Of a DNA stretch of 64,000 nt, positions 1 through 10,591 are shown piece by piece. The stretch lies in NCBI GenBank assembly GCA_963754875.1, contig CAVWHO010000013.1, forward strand, positions 128,001 to 192,000, given 5' to 3'. This DNA is from Nitrospirota bacterium. Lineage in GTDB: Bacteria > Nitrospirota > UBA9217. The translations under genes were made by a program, and so were the position numbers. The notes under the pieces were generated by a model, which worked only from the letters and a program-made list of their open reading frames with translations, searched no databases and was not told where the DNA came from. Position 1 is the first letter of the stretch. Every line of letters starts with the position of its first letter.

Positions 1-552
1 GAGATCTATGAGCACGGCTTTCAAGGCGTCAGCATCGACCAGATCATCAAGAAAACCAATCTGACCAAAGGGGCTTTTTTCCACTACTTTGCCACAAAAA
101 GCGATCTGGGGTATGCCATTGCCGACGAGGTCTTACGGGAAATGGTCCTGGACAGATGGATCCGGCCACTTGCCGCATACAAGAATCCGGTTCAGGGGAT
201 CTTGAAGCGTTTCAAGACATTGACCGACGCCATGCCGGATGAGAACCTGGTACGCGGTTGCCCGCTCAACAATCTCACCCAGGAAATGTCGTCCGTTGAT
301 CCTCTGTTCCGGGAGAAGCTTAAAGCAGTAATGACGCTCTGGATCGACGAAACGGAGAGATACTTAGAGAAAGCCGAGGAGAATGGTTACCTGAAAAAGA
401 CCGCGAACACACGGCAGCTTGCCGAGTTTATCGTTGCGACCGAGGAAGGTTCATTCGGATTGGTCAAGAGCATGGCTGATAGAAAAATATATACTTCTTT
501 GTACAACTCTTTGAGGGACTATTTGCTTTCCAAGACCGAAAGGGAATCATGA
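1..552 (+). CDS. TetR/AcrR family transcriptional regulator (5' truncated by window edge)
   Basis: Frame 1 is open from base 1: EIYEHGFQGVSIDQIIKKTNLTKGAFFHYFATKSDL (TetR HTH), continuing into the 142..552 ORF with a GCPLNNL motif. Confidence 0.9.
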   Translation, partial: EIYEHGFQGVSIDQIIKKTNLTKGAFFHYFATKSDLGYAIADEVLREMVLDRWIRPLAAYKNPVQGILKRFKTLTDAMPDENLVRGCPLNNLTQEMSSVDPLFREKLKAVMTLWIDETERYLEKAEENGYLKKTANTRQLAEFIVATEEGSFGLVKSMADRKIYTSLYNSLRDYLLSKTERES

Positions 553-761
553 CGCGATCTCCTACGAAACGACGGGGATGTCCGTAAGGGGCGTTTGCAC
601 GAAGAAAGAACGGTGAGAAACCTTCACTGCGGAGACGGAGATGATCCCCATCAGTTGGAACGGTTACCCGATCGCCTATCATTTCGTGCGGGAAGTCAGG
701 TAAACCCTGAAGCATTGCATGAGAGGATTCGAGGAAACGGCCGCGAAAAGCGTTCGGCCAC

Positions 762-1367
762 CTATGACGCTCTCCCCAGTTGGAGCCGGCGGGCTTTATT
801 TTTTCCAACCCGCGTCAGGAAATCAGCGTCACCCAGAATTACCTTGATCGCCTCCGCCAGTGCTTGGCCTGCCACGCGGCTTGCCATGGTATCCGCGGAC
901 TCGAAGAAGGCCAGGCGAGACTCGGCGTTGGCCTCATATTTTTTCGTCCACCCTTTTGATGATACGGCGACCGTCACCTTGAATTGATAAAGGTCATCGT
1001 GCTCGATAAGAGTGATCTCCGGAAGCGAGATGGACAGCCGCAGCAATGCCTTTGGCCCTACGTACGCGCCCCGCTTTGCAAGTTCACCTGACAGGTTGTC
1101 AACGAGCTGTTTGGACCACACCCGCCGGTTTCCGATGAAACCCAGCTTCTGCCCTTTATCGGTCGGGATATCGTAGCTCGAAGAGTCCTTTTCCACATTT
1201 ACCAGGGTCAATGAAACGCCGGAAAAAGACGTTGTTTGAACACCTTTCACCAAGGGGACATTGTCCGGCATGGCCCTAACCGCGCAGCCCATGAGGAGAA
1301 CCATGCTGCTGAGCAACAGAGATACCGCGCCACCTTTGATGATGGAATATGACCTTTTCATGTACAA
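762..1367 (-). CDS. Hypothetical lipoprotein
   Basis: 201-aa ORF, hydrophobic signal ending in lipobox-like LLMGC; GGAGG upstream (true start may be the ATG at 1361). Confidence 0.7.
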   Translation of the reverse strand: MYMKRSYSIIKGGAVSLLLSSMVLLMGCAVRAMPDNVPLVKGVQTTSFSGVSLTLVNVEKDSSSYDIPTDKGQKLGFIGNRRVWSKQLVDNLSGELAKRGAYVGPKALLRLSISLPEITLIEHDDLYQFKVTVAVSSKGWTKKYEANAESRLAFFESADTMASRVAGQALAEAIKVILGDADFLTRVGKNKARRLQLGRAS

Positions 1368-1423
1368 CCTCCCGTTGTCCGGCTAGATAGTGGCAAGTTT
1401 GAAGTCTCGCCCAAACATTATAT

Positions 1424-1440
1424 TGCATTTGAAATGCCAA
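1424..1440 (-). promoter_or_regulatory. Putative sigma-54 (-24/-12) promoter for the lipoprotein gene
   Basis: Minus strand TTGGCATTTCAAATGCA = GG-N10-GC, about 60 nt upstream of the start. Confidence 0.45.
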
Positions 1441-1744
1441 GAAACCCTTTCCGTTGCTAACCTCTTGATAGTCGAGCATAATTTTTTTTAATCGATTTTT
1501 CCTCATCAAACAGACAGGTGAAGGTGTATGCATTACACAACAGCAGGTGAGGGAATGAAAGGAGAAAAAAAACGACAATCAAAGGAAAATCAGGAAGTTA
1601 GTGAATTGTATGAAATTGCAAACACGATGAGAAAGAATGCTCAATGGATGATAAATAAAGGAGCGGAGGAAATATAGCAAATAATAATGTAAGAAGGAAC
1701 TGACCCCAGCGCCCTAGTACCTAAGGCTTCATGATCGGATTGGC

Positions 1745-2461
1745 TTACTTGTTGAGATACTTGTTGAGAAGGTCTTGAGCGCCCTTGCGAAGCAGCCGCT
1801 CACCCTGAGTCTTGGCAACGGCTTTTGCAGTTTCTTCGGCCAGAGCAGTGGCAACTGTGCGCGCTATCTCCGCAGGAGTGACGCCGCCGTGCTTGCCGAT
1901 ATCCGTCAGCTCCAAACGGGGCAGCTCGACAATATAAGGCTTGTCCATCAGTTTTGCAATGCGCACGTGTACCTTTCCCTTTTCGAACACCAGCTTTTTG
2001 ACATGCAACTTGATTTCTTTCCCCTTGGGGCTTTTTTGCAGCTGCTCTTCCCTGGAAGGACCTGAGGAGAGATTCTTCTTCAGGATGTCCACATTCGCGG
2101 TCCCGTCTTCCTTCATTTCATAGAATACTTCAGGACCGGAAATCAGGATGCTGTCGATCACAATGGGAGTGCTCGTGACCGACTTTACCGCGATCCGGAC
2201 TGATATGTCGTCAAGCGTAATGATGGAAGGGAAAGAGAAACCGGGAGGATTGGCTACTGTCAATCCAAGGACAGCGCCCTCGCCGTTCGAGAGTTGTATC
2301 TTCACTGAAGATACGCGGACAGCCGTTTTCGTTGCCTGGGAACCGTACTTCTCTATAGCAGTCTTCACGATAGAGTTGAGGTTCGTGTAAACGTAGACTG
2401 CGGTACCGGTGATGGCCAGAATAATTGCTAGGATGATGGAAATAAGAATTTTCTTTTTCAT
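1745..2461 (-). CDS. AsmA-like membrane-anchored hypothetical protein
   Basis: Likely start MKKKILISIIL at 2461, N-terminal TM helix, LTVANPPGF motif typical of AsmA/DUF748-like proteins. Confidence 0.65.
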   Translation of the reverse strand: MKKKILISIILAIILAITGTAVYVYTNLNSIVKTAIEKYGSQATKTAVRVSSVKIQLSNGEGAVLGLTVANPPGFSFPSIITLDDISVRIAVKSVTSTPIVIDSILISGPEVFYEMKEDGTANVDILKKNLSSGPSREEQLQKSPKGKEIKLHVKKLVFEKGKVHVRIAKLMDKPYIVELPRLELTDIGKHGGVTPAEIARTVATALAEETAKAVAKTQGERLLRKGAQDLLNKYLNK

Positions 2462-2828
2462 CTGGAAATGACTTTCTCCAAAGTTCTTCCCCATGGAGGG
2501 AGGAAGAGTGCAAAGGTGGGGGTGATGGAAGGGCGGAAAAAAGTCCCTCGATTTCCATCTCCCTTTTTGAACCCAGTACCTGAGTGTTTCGTGACTATCG
2601 CTTTCCTTATTATACAATATTCTGATGCACGATGACAACCATGCGAGAGAAGCGGAGAAGTGCTGGAGGAAGGTCTTGAATGTTTATATTCCCCTAGAGG
2701 CATAGGAGTGGACGTTGTTGCATCTGTTGCGTCGCCCGGTTTTTCGCAATGACGGCCGCGGATACTTTTTTCGAGAACATACAGTTTTAACAACACATTT
2801 TAAAACCAGGGAAGTCCCGAGTATCAAG

Positions 2829-2945
2829 TCCATTACCCGCCTTAGGCCGCCCCAACTTGAAGTCACAATTTGTGATTTCAAGAGGATCTTGCCTTCGATT
2901 TGTTCCACCGTTACCAGGCCTCTGTTTTTATCTGTTCTTTTCGTT
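2829..2945 (-). pseudogene. Internally deleted ORF6N-domain gene remnant
   Basis: VEQIEGKILL fused directly to KSQIVTSSWGGLRR; these two ORF6N-like motifs are normally separated by tens of residues. Confidence 0.5.
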
Positions 2946-2971
2946 ATAAATAGTGGACCCGCGCCCCTGCC

Positions 2972-3358
2972 TCAGTTTGTTTTATCCAGCTTCCATTTCA
3001 CCCCGCCCCGAGTGGCGATATAGAGGAACACAAAGCAGTAGAGAGCTGCCAACTCGCCTTTATTTACTCCAGGAAAGAAGTTACGCCCCATTTGGAATTT
3101 CGAGTGAAATTGGAAGTAGGCCACTGCCATCTCGCCGCTGCAGAGGAATGCCGCAATCCGTGTCTGATACCCCAGCATCACTGCTACCCCTCCAATCAGT
3201 TCTAGGAGCCCGCCGAACCAGAGCTCGGATCCCATTGGCGGTTGAAAGTCGGAAAGAATCCCCAGGATTTTCTGGACGCCGTGGAACGAGAACATGAATC
3301 CCGCCACGATCCGCATCAAGGCGTAAGCTTCGTCAGCGTACCTTGCAAGCCATTTCAT
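2972..3358 (-). CDS. DoxX family membrane protein
   Basis: LMRIVAGFMFSFHGVQK, ELIGG, GEMAVAYF, NKGELA motifs. Confidence 0.9.
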   Translation of the reverse strand: MKWLARYADEAYALMRIVAGFMFSFHGVQKILGILSDFQPPMGSELWFGGLLELIGGVAVMLGYQTRIAAFLCSGEMAVAYFQFHSKFQMGRNFFPGVNKGELAALYCFVFLYIATRGGVKWKLDKTN

Positions 3359-3386
3359 GATTCATCCTCCCAATCACAATAAATTC

Positions 3387-4205
3387 TTATGCCAAATAGC
3401 GTTTGGCAAGTTTTCCGCCGTTGCTCTGTTCTAAGAGGCCGCGCTCGCTTGCTTTCAATGAATCCAGGAGTCCCGGGTCTTCCAGCGCGGGAATGCAGAT
3501 CACTTCTCCCAATTGCAGTCCAGCCAGCGACGCTTTTACTATGTCTTCAGGACTCATGACCATCTCCGCGGGGAGCCGGGCCGGGTCCATACCCATGCGT
3601 TGATGAAATTCCGTGCGTACGATCCCCGGGCAAAGCGCCTGGACACGCACGCCTGTTCCTTTGAGCTCGTTGGAAATGATCTGCGTAAAGGTATTAATGT
3701 AAGCCTTGGTCGCGGCATAGGTCGCCCGCTTTGGCAACTGAGGGAAATCAAGGGACGCACTGAAGGCCAGCCGCGACGAAACATTGATGATCCCTCCATG
3801 CCCGCGAGTCACCATGCCCGGCAGAGCAGCACGCGTCAGCCGCGTCACCGCGAGCACCTGCAGATTGATGAGTTCCTCTGCCTTATCAGGATCAAGCGAG
3901 ACGAAGGGCATGTAACCGCCGAAGCCGGCGTTGTTGACAAGCAAATCCAATGCGCTATCTTGCGCAATTCGTTGTTCGAGCATGCGGAGTGCCGATTTTT
4001 CCGTTAGGTCCGCCGCGACCACTTCAACGTTAACGCCTCCGCTGTTTTGAAGGCGCTGCGCCAATGTCTCCAGGAGTTCTTTACGCCGCGCAACGATGAT
4101 CAGATCATAACGGTCCCGCGCCAGGCGCTCTGCGAAGGCAGCTCCTATCCCGGATGAAGCGCCGGTCACCAATGCGCGCGGTCTTGGTTTGTTCTCGTTT
4201 GGCAT
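3387..4205 (-). CDS. SDR family NAD(P)-dependent oxidoreductase
   Basis: TGASSGIG, NNAGFG, YAATK. Confidence 0.95.
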   Translation of the reverse strand: MPNENKPRPRALVTGASSGIGAAFAERLARDRYDLIIVARRKELLETLAQRLQNSGGVNVEVVAADLTEKSALRMLEQRIAQDSALDLLVNNAGFGGYMPFVSLDPDKAEELINLQVLAVTRLTRAALPGMVTRGHGGIINVSSRLAFSASLDFPQLPKRATYAATKAYINTFTQIISNELKGTGVRVQALCPGIVRTEFHQRMGMDPARLPAEMVMSPEDIVKASLAGLQLGEVICIPALEDPGLLDSLKASERGLLEQSNGGKLAKRYLA

Positions 4206-4343
4206 AGAAACAGGCCCTTTCTATAAAAAGTATGAAGAAGAATTAAGAGTTAAGAATTGTAATAAATAATGATGAATTAAAACTGAAGGGATGAATTGAT
4301 TATAGGGATACCCAATCTTTTGTCAAGGAACTTGATCGAGTAT

Positions 4344-4886
4344 TCATTGCGAAAGATTTCTCAGATACTCTACGCAGCGTTCGACGGAATTTTCTAAGGA
4401 CTCTTTACTTGTATCGATTACCAGATGCCCAACAGTAATCGGTTCTGCCTTTTCTTTTAATGCTAAATATAATTTGTACGTTCTGTTGCCGGCTGGATGC
4501 GCACCCGCACGTTGATCATTATCAAGCCTTTGTTTGGCAATGGCATCATCGCAAACGCATTCAATAATGACCGGTTTTACTTTTAAAGACTCAGCCCGTG
4601 ACAGCAGTTGCTCTACCTGATACGATTTCGAAAAAGTTCTGCCATCAATAATAATGGTTTGCTCCGGGTTTGCTCTCAGCAGGTATTCCGAAATGATAAA
4701 AATGACCTCCATGCAGAGATCGTCCTGCTTTCGAGAAAAATAAATGGTCTCCTTTGAAAACAGTTTTGCACGAATGTCATCTTTGTTCAGCACCACTGCA
4801 TTCAGTCGTTTTCCCAGTTGGTCGGCAATAGTTGTCTTGCCGGTGCCAGGCAGGCCGGCCATGGTAATAAGCATTTTACTCCCCAT
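4344..4886 (-). CDS. P-loop kinase (AAA_33-like)
   Basis: GLPGTGKT Walker A, IIIDGRTF. Confidence 0.8.
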   Translation of the reverse strand: MGSKMLITMAGLPGTGKTTIADQLGKRLNAVVLNKDDIRAKLFSKETIYFSRKQDDLCMEVIFIISEYLLRANPEQTIIIDGRTFSKSYQVEQLLSRAESLKVKPVIIECVCDDAIAKQRLDNDQRAGAHPAGNRTYKLYLALKEKAEPITVGHLVIDTSKESLENSVERCVEYLRNLSQ

Positions 4887-4963
4887 AGAATGTTACAAGG
4901 CGCGGAGGACAAAGGGCACGTATTTCCTGTCCTCCTTGCGCAGGGCCATTGTCGGACAAGACT

Positions 4964-6897
4964 TCAAAGCTCATTGAGCATCTTTCTCAGGCCACGCGCT
5001 TCGTCTTTCGTCAGCTTCCGGTCCCGGTAGTAATACCCCTCGAACTGTTCCACAAAAAGGCGGGCGCGTTCGCGGAGGCCGTCTTCTTTGACCAGGGCCA
5101 CGAACTCCTCAAGTCCCTGGGACCGGGACTTGACATAGCCGCGTCTCTTCATTTTCCCCAGGAACACGGCGAGCAGCCTTTCCTCTACGCGTTTCCTCGC
5201 TCCTCTAAGAGCATACAACGCAAAGCACAGAGAACCGGCGCCGAGGAATGCCAGCAGGAACTTTGACGCCCGGTCCTTGTCGAATGAGATCTTGAAACGT
5301 ACATCCCGGACGCCCTCACGCAATTTATTGATCAGCGAGAATTGTTTTTCGAGATCGTAATTGATGACGAACGCGTTCCAGTAATAATCGATCGTATCGA
5401 AAAAGAGCCTGAGCCTGAAAAGCAGGCCCCTTCCGGAGGGGGACACAAAGCTCTCCGGGGCCGCAGGCGTGGGGTCCAGACGCACCCACCCCCTGTTTTC
5501 AAAATATGCCTCGACCCATACGTGGGCGTTTCGCTCCGGTATCATGTAGTAGCCGCCCGCCTGGTTATAAAAGCCGCCGCGGTATCCGCCGACGAGCCGG
5601 GAAGGAATGTCTGAAAGCCGCAGCATGACAGCCATGGCAGACGCGAAATATTCGCAGTTCCCGTATTTGTGTTGAAAGAGGAAGTCGTTGAGCGGAGCGT
5701 TGGATACCGGAAGATTGCTGAGCGAGTATTTGTAGTCCCCGTTTCTCAGAAAATGCAGGATGGCCATGGCTTTCTGTTCCTTGCTTCCGCCGGTTGTCAG
5801 GCCGTGCGCCAGTTCCCTGATCTTTTCCATTCCTGTCTCCGGTACCTGGAGATACCTGTCACGGTCTATATCGTTCTCCGGCAGGGTATCCGACAGCACG
5901 GAGAACGCTTCGTATTTCAGCTTCCTGGTGATCGTTTTGGTCAGGGAATACGTGAGGTCGACGAATTTTCCGACATCCGGCGCCCGGACCGATGACGGCT
6001 TGTCAAGGGCGAAGAGGTACCTGTTTCCGTACGGGTCGAGGTATATTGTCTGCGCAATCCTGCGGCCCGGCATGGTCACCGGATAGTTCCTGCCCGCCTG
6101 GTTGCGGCCAATGCTTTTCCATGACTGCCCGTCGAAATGGTCGAGGACGATGCCCCGCCAGTACAGCGAAGCGTCATCCACTTTTTCCATGCCAACGCGC
6201 ATGATGACGGTTGCGTCCTCCTGTATGGCCGAGACCCGGCCGAGCCCCACCGTGTCGCTGAATCCGGTCGAGGCCCCGCCACCCCGGTTCAGGATATTGA
6301 ACACCGGACTGGCCGTCCGGGGGAGAACCACAAACAGGAGGACTGCGATGGGGATGGACGCGAGCGGGATGAACAACGACTTCAGTACGATGCCCCGTAC
6401 CGTGGCGAGCGGAAGCTCCATGGCGCGGTCCTCGGCGTAATAGGCGAGGAGCACCATGGCCGCAGCCAGCAGAAAAAGCAGCACGAAGAAATAGGCCAGG
6501 AAGAGGATATCGAGGGACAGCAAGGCCGAGCCCGCGAGCAGAAAGACCGATAGTACGTAGATCTGCATATAGTCCCTGAACTTCTTCTCCTCCAGAAACT
6601 TTATGGCAAGGAGGATCATAAGCGCCTCCACCGCGGGCTGCACGAAGTTCTGGAGGCTCATCCTCATGAAGCTGACGCCCACGAATGCCAGCGTCGCCAG
6701 CGTGAGCAGCCAACGGGGGATGAGAAACGTGCGCCGGTATTCGAACAGCATTGAGACGAGAAAGAGCGAGAAAAAACCGAAGCGAGTAGACCAGGCCGGT
6801 ATACCGGGCGGCCGCGAGTGCCCCAATGACGCCGATGAGGAAGGAGAGCGCCTTGACAACGTCCTCGACCCTGAGACGCGGGTTATAGTCCCTGCAT
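4964..6897 (-). CDS. Transglutaminase TgpA-family membrane protein (DUF3488 + transglutaminase), with apparent indels near the 5' end
   Basis: Multi-TM N-terminus, GNCEYFASAM, HVWVE, DPTP; N-terminus (RLRVEDVVKALSFLIGV) lies in another frame at about 6780-6890. Confidence 0.85.
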
Positions 6898-7765
6898 GTT
6901 CTTCGCCATAAAGCGCAAGCTCCCTGATCATAGCGGTTTTATGCGACGCCGATGTTCCGGGCCCGAACACCAGGCCCCCTATCCGCAGTCCCGCCGGGAT
7001 ATTCCTCCGGTAGAGCCCGAGCAGGAGATAGGTAACGCATGAGATCCGCTCTTCCCTGTTCCTGATCCCGATTTTTTCGAAGTCAATGACCACCGGTTGC
7101 TGCGCAAGAGAGGACAGTTCCTTGGTCTTGAGCTCACGCGACTTTGCGCTTGCCTTCCAATGGATGTATTTCATCGGGTCCCCGTGCGCGTAATTCCGCA
7201 GGGACAGCAAGTCCCCCTCGTACCCTGCCCGGTCCGAGGACGCTTCGCCCCTCGCCCTGCGCTCGTGTTCGAGGAAGTCGTTGAGGCCGCACTTTTTCGG
7301 CTCGGGGAAAACGATATATTCAAAGGCAGTTTTGATCCTGCGGTACCTGATGAAGAAATTGAAGGGAAATACGGACGAGACCGTGACCACGTCGAGGGAG
7401 CGCCTGCCGCGTTGCCCCGCGACCAAGGTGATGTATTTTTCTTCCGAAGCCCCGGCGCCTACATAGGGGAAGAGCGTCTCCGCATCGCCGGCCCGCACCC
7501 TGATGAGGAAGGAAGGCAGATAACGCCGCCTGTTCACGAGACGGATCTTGAGCGGGAACGATCTGTTCGCGTAGATCTCGCCGGGCAGGCCGAGTTCGAT
7601 TGCAACACGCACGATATTGCTCTTCCCGAAAAAGCCGGAAACGCCCAGAAAGCTGAGGAATGCAGCCGTGATGAGGTAGATGAGATTATTGCCGGTGTTG
7701 ACCGCGGAAACGCCCAGGGCAACGGTAAGGGTTATGTACAGCCAGCCTGCCCGGGTGCCCCTGAT
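6883..7765 (-). CDS. DUF58 domain protein (MoxR-associated); probable non-canonical start
   Basis: AVNTGNNLIYL, FPFNFF, LRNYAHGDPMKYIHWKASAK; frame is open up to the moxR stop. Confidence 0.85.
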
Positions 7766-8697
7766 TACGCCGGGACCTGAACCTGATCGAGTAGCGATCT
7801 TACGAACTCCTTCTTTTCGAGGGCTTCATATTCCTCCCTGAAGATCACCCGGTGCGGAATGACATACGCCGCAAGTTCTTTGATGTCCTCCGGGACCACG
7901 AAGTCCCGGCCCTGGAAATAGGCATGGGCCTTCGCTGAAGCGGTCATTGCCAGAGCGCCCCTCGTCGATACCCCGGCCAGCAGGTATGTGCTCGTCCTTG
8001 TCGCCTCAACGATGGCAAGCACGTATGCGAGTATTTTTTCCGAAACAAAGACGTTTTTCTTGATGTCGTCCTGAATGCTCACGACCTCCTCGGCCGTCAT
8101 CAGCGGATCGAGGGTATACAGCTCGTCCCGCCTGCTGCCGCCCCGCAGGATGACCCGCTCGGCGTCCTTCGACGGATAGCCGATACTGATCTTCATCATG
8201 AAGCGGTCGAGCTGCGATTCGGGGAGCGGGAAGGTGCCGAATTGCTCCACAGGATTTTGGGTGGCGATGACGAAAAACGGCCTGGGAAGCTGGTACGTTT
8301 GGCGCTCGATGGTCGTCTGTTTCTCGCCCATGCCTTCGATGAGGGCGCTCTGGGTTTTCGGGGTCGCCCTGTTTATCTCGTCGATGAGAACGATATTGTT
8401 GAAGATGGGGCCCGAATGAAACTCGAACTCTCCCGTATTCTTGTTGTAAATCGAAAGACCCGTTATGTCGGTCGGAAGCAGGTCGCTCGTGCACTGGATC
8501 CGTCCGAAACGGAGCCCCAGGGCCTTCGCAATCCCGATGGCAAGGGTCGTTTTGCCGAGGCCCGGCAAATCTTCAACGAGCAGGTGGCCTTTTGAAAAAA
8601 AAGTTACGAGGGCCAGACGCAGCGCCATTTCCTTGCCGTGCAGATATTGGGCAAGAAAGGAGATTATTTCGTCTATTTTCCTGTTCTTCAGTTCCAT
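7765..8697 (-). CDS. moxR: MoxR family AAA+ ATPase
   Basis: EDLPGLGKT, DLLPTDITG, DEINRATPKTQSAL, ATQNP, LPESQLDRF. Confidence 0.95.
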   Translation of the reverse strand: MELKNRKIDEIISFLAQYLHGKEMALRLALVTFFSKGHLLVEDLPGLGKTTLAIGIAKALGLRFGRIQCTSDLLPTDITGLSIYNKNTGEFEFHSGPIFNNIVLIDEINRATPKTQSALIEGMGEKQTTIERQTYQLPRPFFVIATQNPVEQFGTFPLPESQLDRFMMKISIGYPSKDAERVILRGGSRRDELYTLDPLMTAEEVVSIQDDIKKNVFVSEKILAYVLAIVEATRTSTYLLAGVSTRGALAMTASAKAHAYFQGRDFVVPEDIKELAAYVIPHRVIFREEYEALEKKEFVRSLLDQVQVPA

Positions 8698-8844
8698 AAG
8701 CCAACGGTGCCGAGCAACATCTATTATACCTTATTCGGACCTCAGTTTCACTGGTTTTACATCATGCCTCTCAGGACCACGGTTGAATAGAGACGCACTC
8801 TTCAGGTGAATTTATTCTTTAATAACTAGAATGCCCCACCTTTC

Positions 8845-9414
8845 TCATGTGATTTTCATCCCCTCAGGCCGGTAGTAAAGCAAAACGTTCCCATTCCGAA
8901 ACGTCCTTGTTTTTACAAGATTCAATTTCAACCTTTCTTTGATGCCCTTGAACAATGGTTTCCCATCTCCCAGGACAACAGGATTCACCATGATTCCGTA
9001 TCCATCGATCAAACCGCGTTGTGCAAACTCGGACATAATGCTGCCGCTGCCCAGGATCATCATGTCCTTGCCCGGCTGTTTTTTCATATTCCTTATTTCT
9101 TCATCAATAACATCCTTCACCAGCCGGGTATTGTTCCACTCGACCTTGCTTAGTGTCCGGGAAAAAACGATTTTGGGATGTGCGTTCATCTTTCCTGCAA
9201 CGATCGGATCGTTCTTGATCGCCTCCGGGGTCGGCCAGTAACTTGCCATGAGGTCATAGGTCACCCGTCCGAATAGGAGTGTGTCTACGGAATTGAGCAT
9301 GTCGATGGCATATTCGTTGAATTCCTCGTCAACGTTATGCCAGCTGATATCTTTATTGGCTCCTTCAAAGTAGCCGTCAAGAGTCACCAGATTGAATACC
9401 AGTAATTTTCTCAT
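8845..9414 (-). CDS. Dihydrofolate reductase-like (RibD C-terminal) protein
   Basis: VTLDGYFEG, LLFGRVTY, GSGSI, PVVLGDGKPLF. Confidence 0.9.
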   Translation of the reverse strand: MRKLLVFNLVTLDGYFEGANKDISWHNVDEEFNEYAIDMLNSVDTLLFGRVTYDLMASYWPTPEAIKNDPIVAGKMNAHPKIVFSRTLSKVEWNNTRLVKDVIDEEIRNMKKQPGKDMMILGSGSIMSEFAQRGLIDGYGIMVNPVVLGDGKPLFKGIKERLKLNLVKTRTFRNGNVLLYYRPEGMKIT

Positions 9415-9582
9415 AACACTGCCTCCGCGTGCTTAGGCCACGGGTTCTGCTTCACAGAACAAACAGATGCATATTGACAAGATTAAAATTGCTCTCTCTG
9501 CAAGCCTGCCCCTTGATGATTCTCTAAGGGGCAGGCGCTTCGCAAGGCAGCTAAAGGCGAAGCAGGCGATAGTCTCTTGACC

Positions 9583-10560
9583 TCAGGCTGCTTTTCTTTT
9601 GATTTCCGGTTTTGCCAGCAGTTCTGCGAGACGGTCCATGGTCTCAAGCATCCCTTCTTCCATTCCCGAATCGAACATCCCGTCGCGGTCCTCGACGGAC
9701 TGGAACACGGTCCTGCCGATCATCCTCGTCATGCCCCCGATATCCTCCAGTTTGCACGTTTCGAGCGATACGTGGCCAGGCATGCCTTCGAACTCGAACG
9801 TGTCGACGATCCTCTCAGGCGCCTTGATATCGTGGTATACACCATGGAAAGCATATTCATTTCCCGCGTTATCACGATTGATAAAACGCCAGAGGCCGCC
9901 CGGCCTCGCGTCCAGCTTGTCGACGATGGTCGCATAACGCCTCGGTCCCCACCACTGGACGACGAGGTTTCGATCCGTAAAGGCTTGAAACACGAGATTT
10001 CGCGGCGCATCAAAGACCCGCGTAGTGATGATCTCCTGCTTCCCCCGTTCTGCAACGATCTTTGTATGATCGTCCGGCACTATGTTGTCTGCGAGCTTGT
10101 CGAAGGACTCGCTCCAGCCGGTTTGGGTCATTTCGCGCATCATGCCTTCCGGAATACCCTCATGCCGCAGGACCATCTTCGTCTTGTTGCCCAGATCCTC
10201 GAACTCAACGGTCACCAGTAATTCCAAGGGCCAGTTGCCGGCCATCCCGTACTGTGATGCCGGGACAACATTGCCCTTCTCATCGGCGAAGCTGTCGGTC
10301 ATAACGAGCCGCTCCCGGGGAACGATCTCGCGGTAAACGCCTGTTGACCAGTAATCCTTGTTGTCAGGACCGCGCATGCAGGAGAGATATTTGCCTCCCA
10401 CGCGGAGATCGATCTTGCTGACAGGCGAAGTGAAGTATTTTGGACCCCACCACTTTTTTGATTCTTCCGGCAAGGTCCACGCTTTCCACACGTTCTCGCG
10501 AGGTGCGTCGAAGATCCGTGTGATGGTCAATTCATTTTTATTTTTCATTTCCGTTGCCAT
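9583..10560 (-). CDS. Tandem SRPBCC/AHSA1 (START-like) domain protein
   Basis: Two repeats of TR(I/V)FDAPR...WWGP...DxRxGG; GGAG upstream of the ATG at 10560. Confidence 0.9.
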   Translation of the reverse strand: MATEMKNKNELTITRIFDAPRENVWKAWTLPEESKKWWGPKYFTSPVSKIDLRVGGKYLSCMRGPDNKDYWSTGVYREIVPRERLVMTDSFADEKGNVVPASQYGMAGNWPLELLVTVEFEDLGNKTKMVLRHEGIPEGMMREMTQTGWSESFDKLADNIVPDDHTKIVAERGKQEIITTRVFDAPRNLVFQAFTDRNLVVQWWGPRRYATIVDKLDARPGGLWRFINRDNAGNEYAFHGVYHDIKAPERIVDTFEFEGMPGHVSLETCKLEDIGGMTRMIGRTVFQSVEDRDGMFDSGMEEGMLETMDRLAELLAKPEIKRKAA

Positions 10561-10591
10561 TTTGGTTTCCTCCTTGGTTCTATTCCGGGCT

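Noticed and set aside
590..987. ORF 595..987 and a PAS-like fragment (RKNGE..TFTAETEM..WNG)
   Set aside because: The ORF overlaps the lipoprotein gene in antisense; the PAS-like stretch is short, frameshifted and too weak to call.
4964..7612. Apparent 882-aa DUF58-transglutaminase fusion
   Set aside because: The linker is non-homologous-looking, while another frame encodes a proper TM start. Removing one G in CAGGGAC (about 6890) and one base at about 6780 restores a DUF58 stop (EHAGL*) and a separate ATG (MQDYNPRLRV). Probably an indel artefact.
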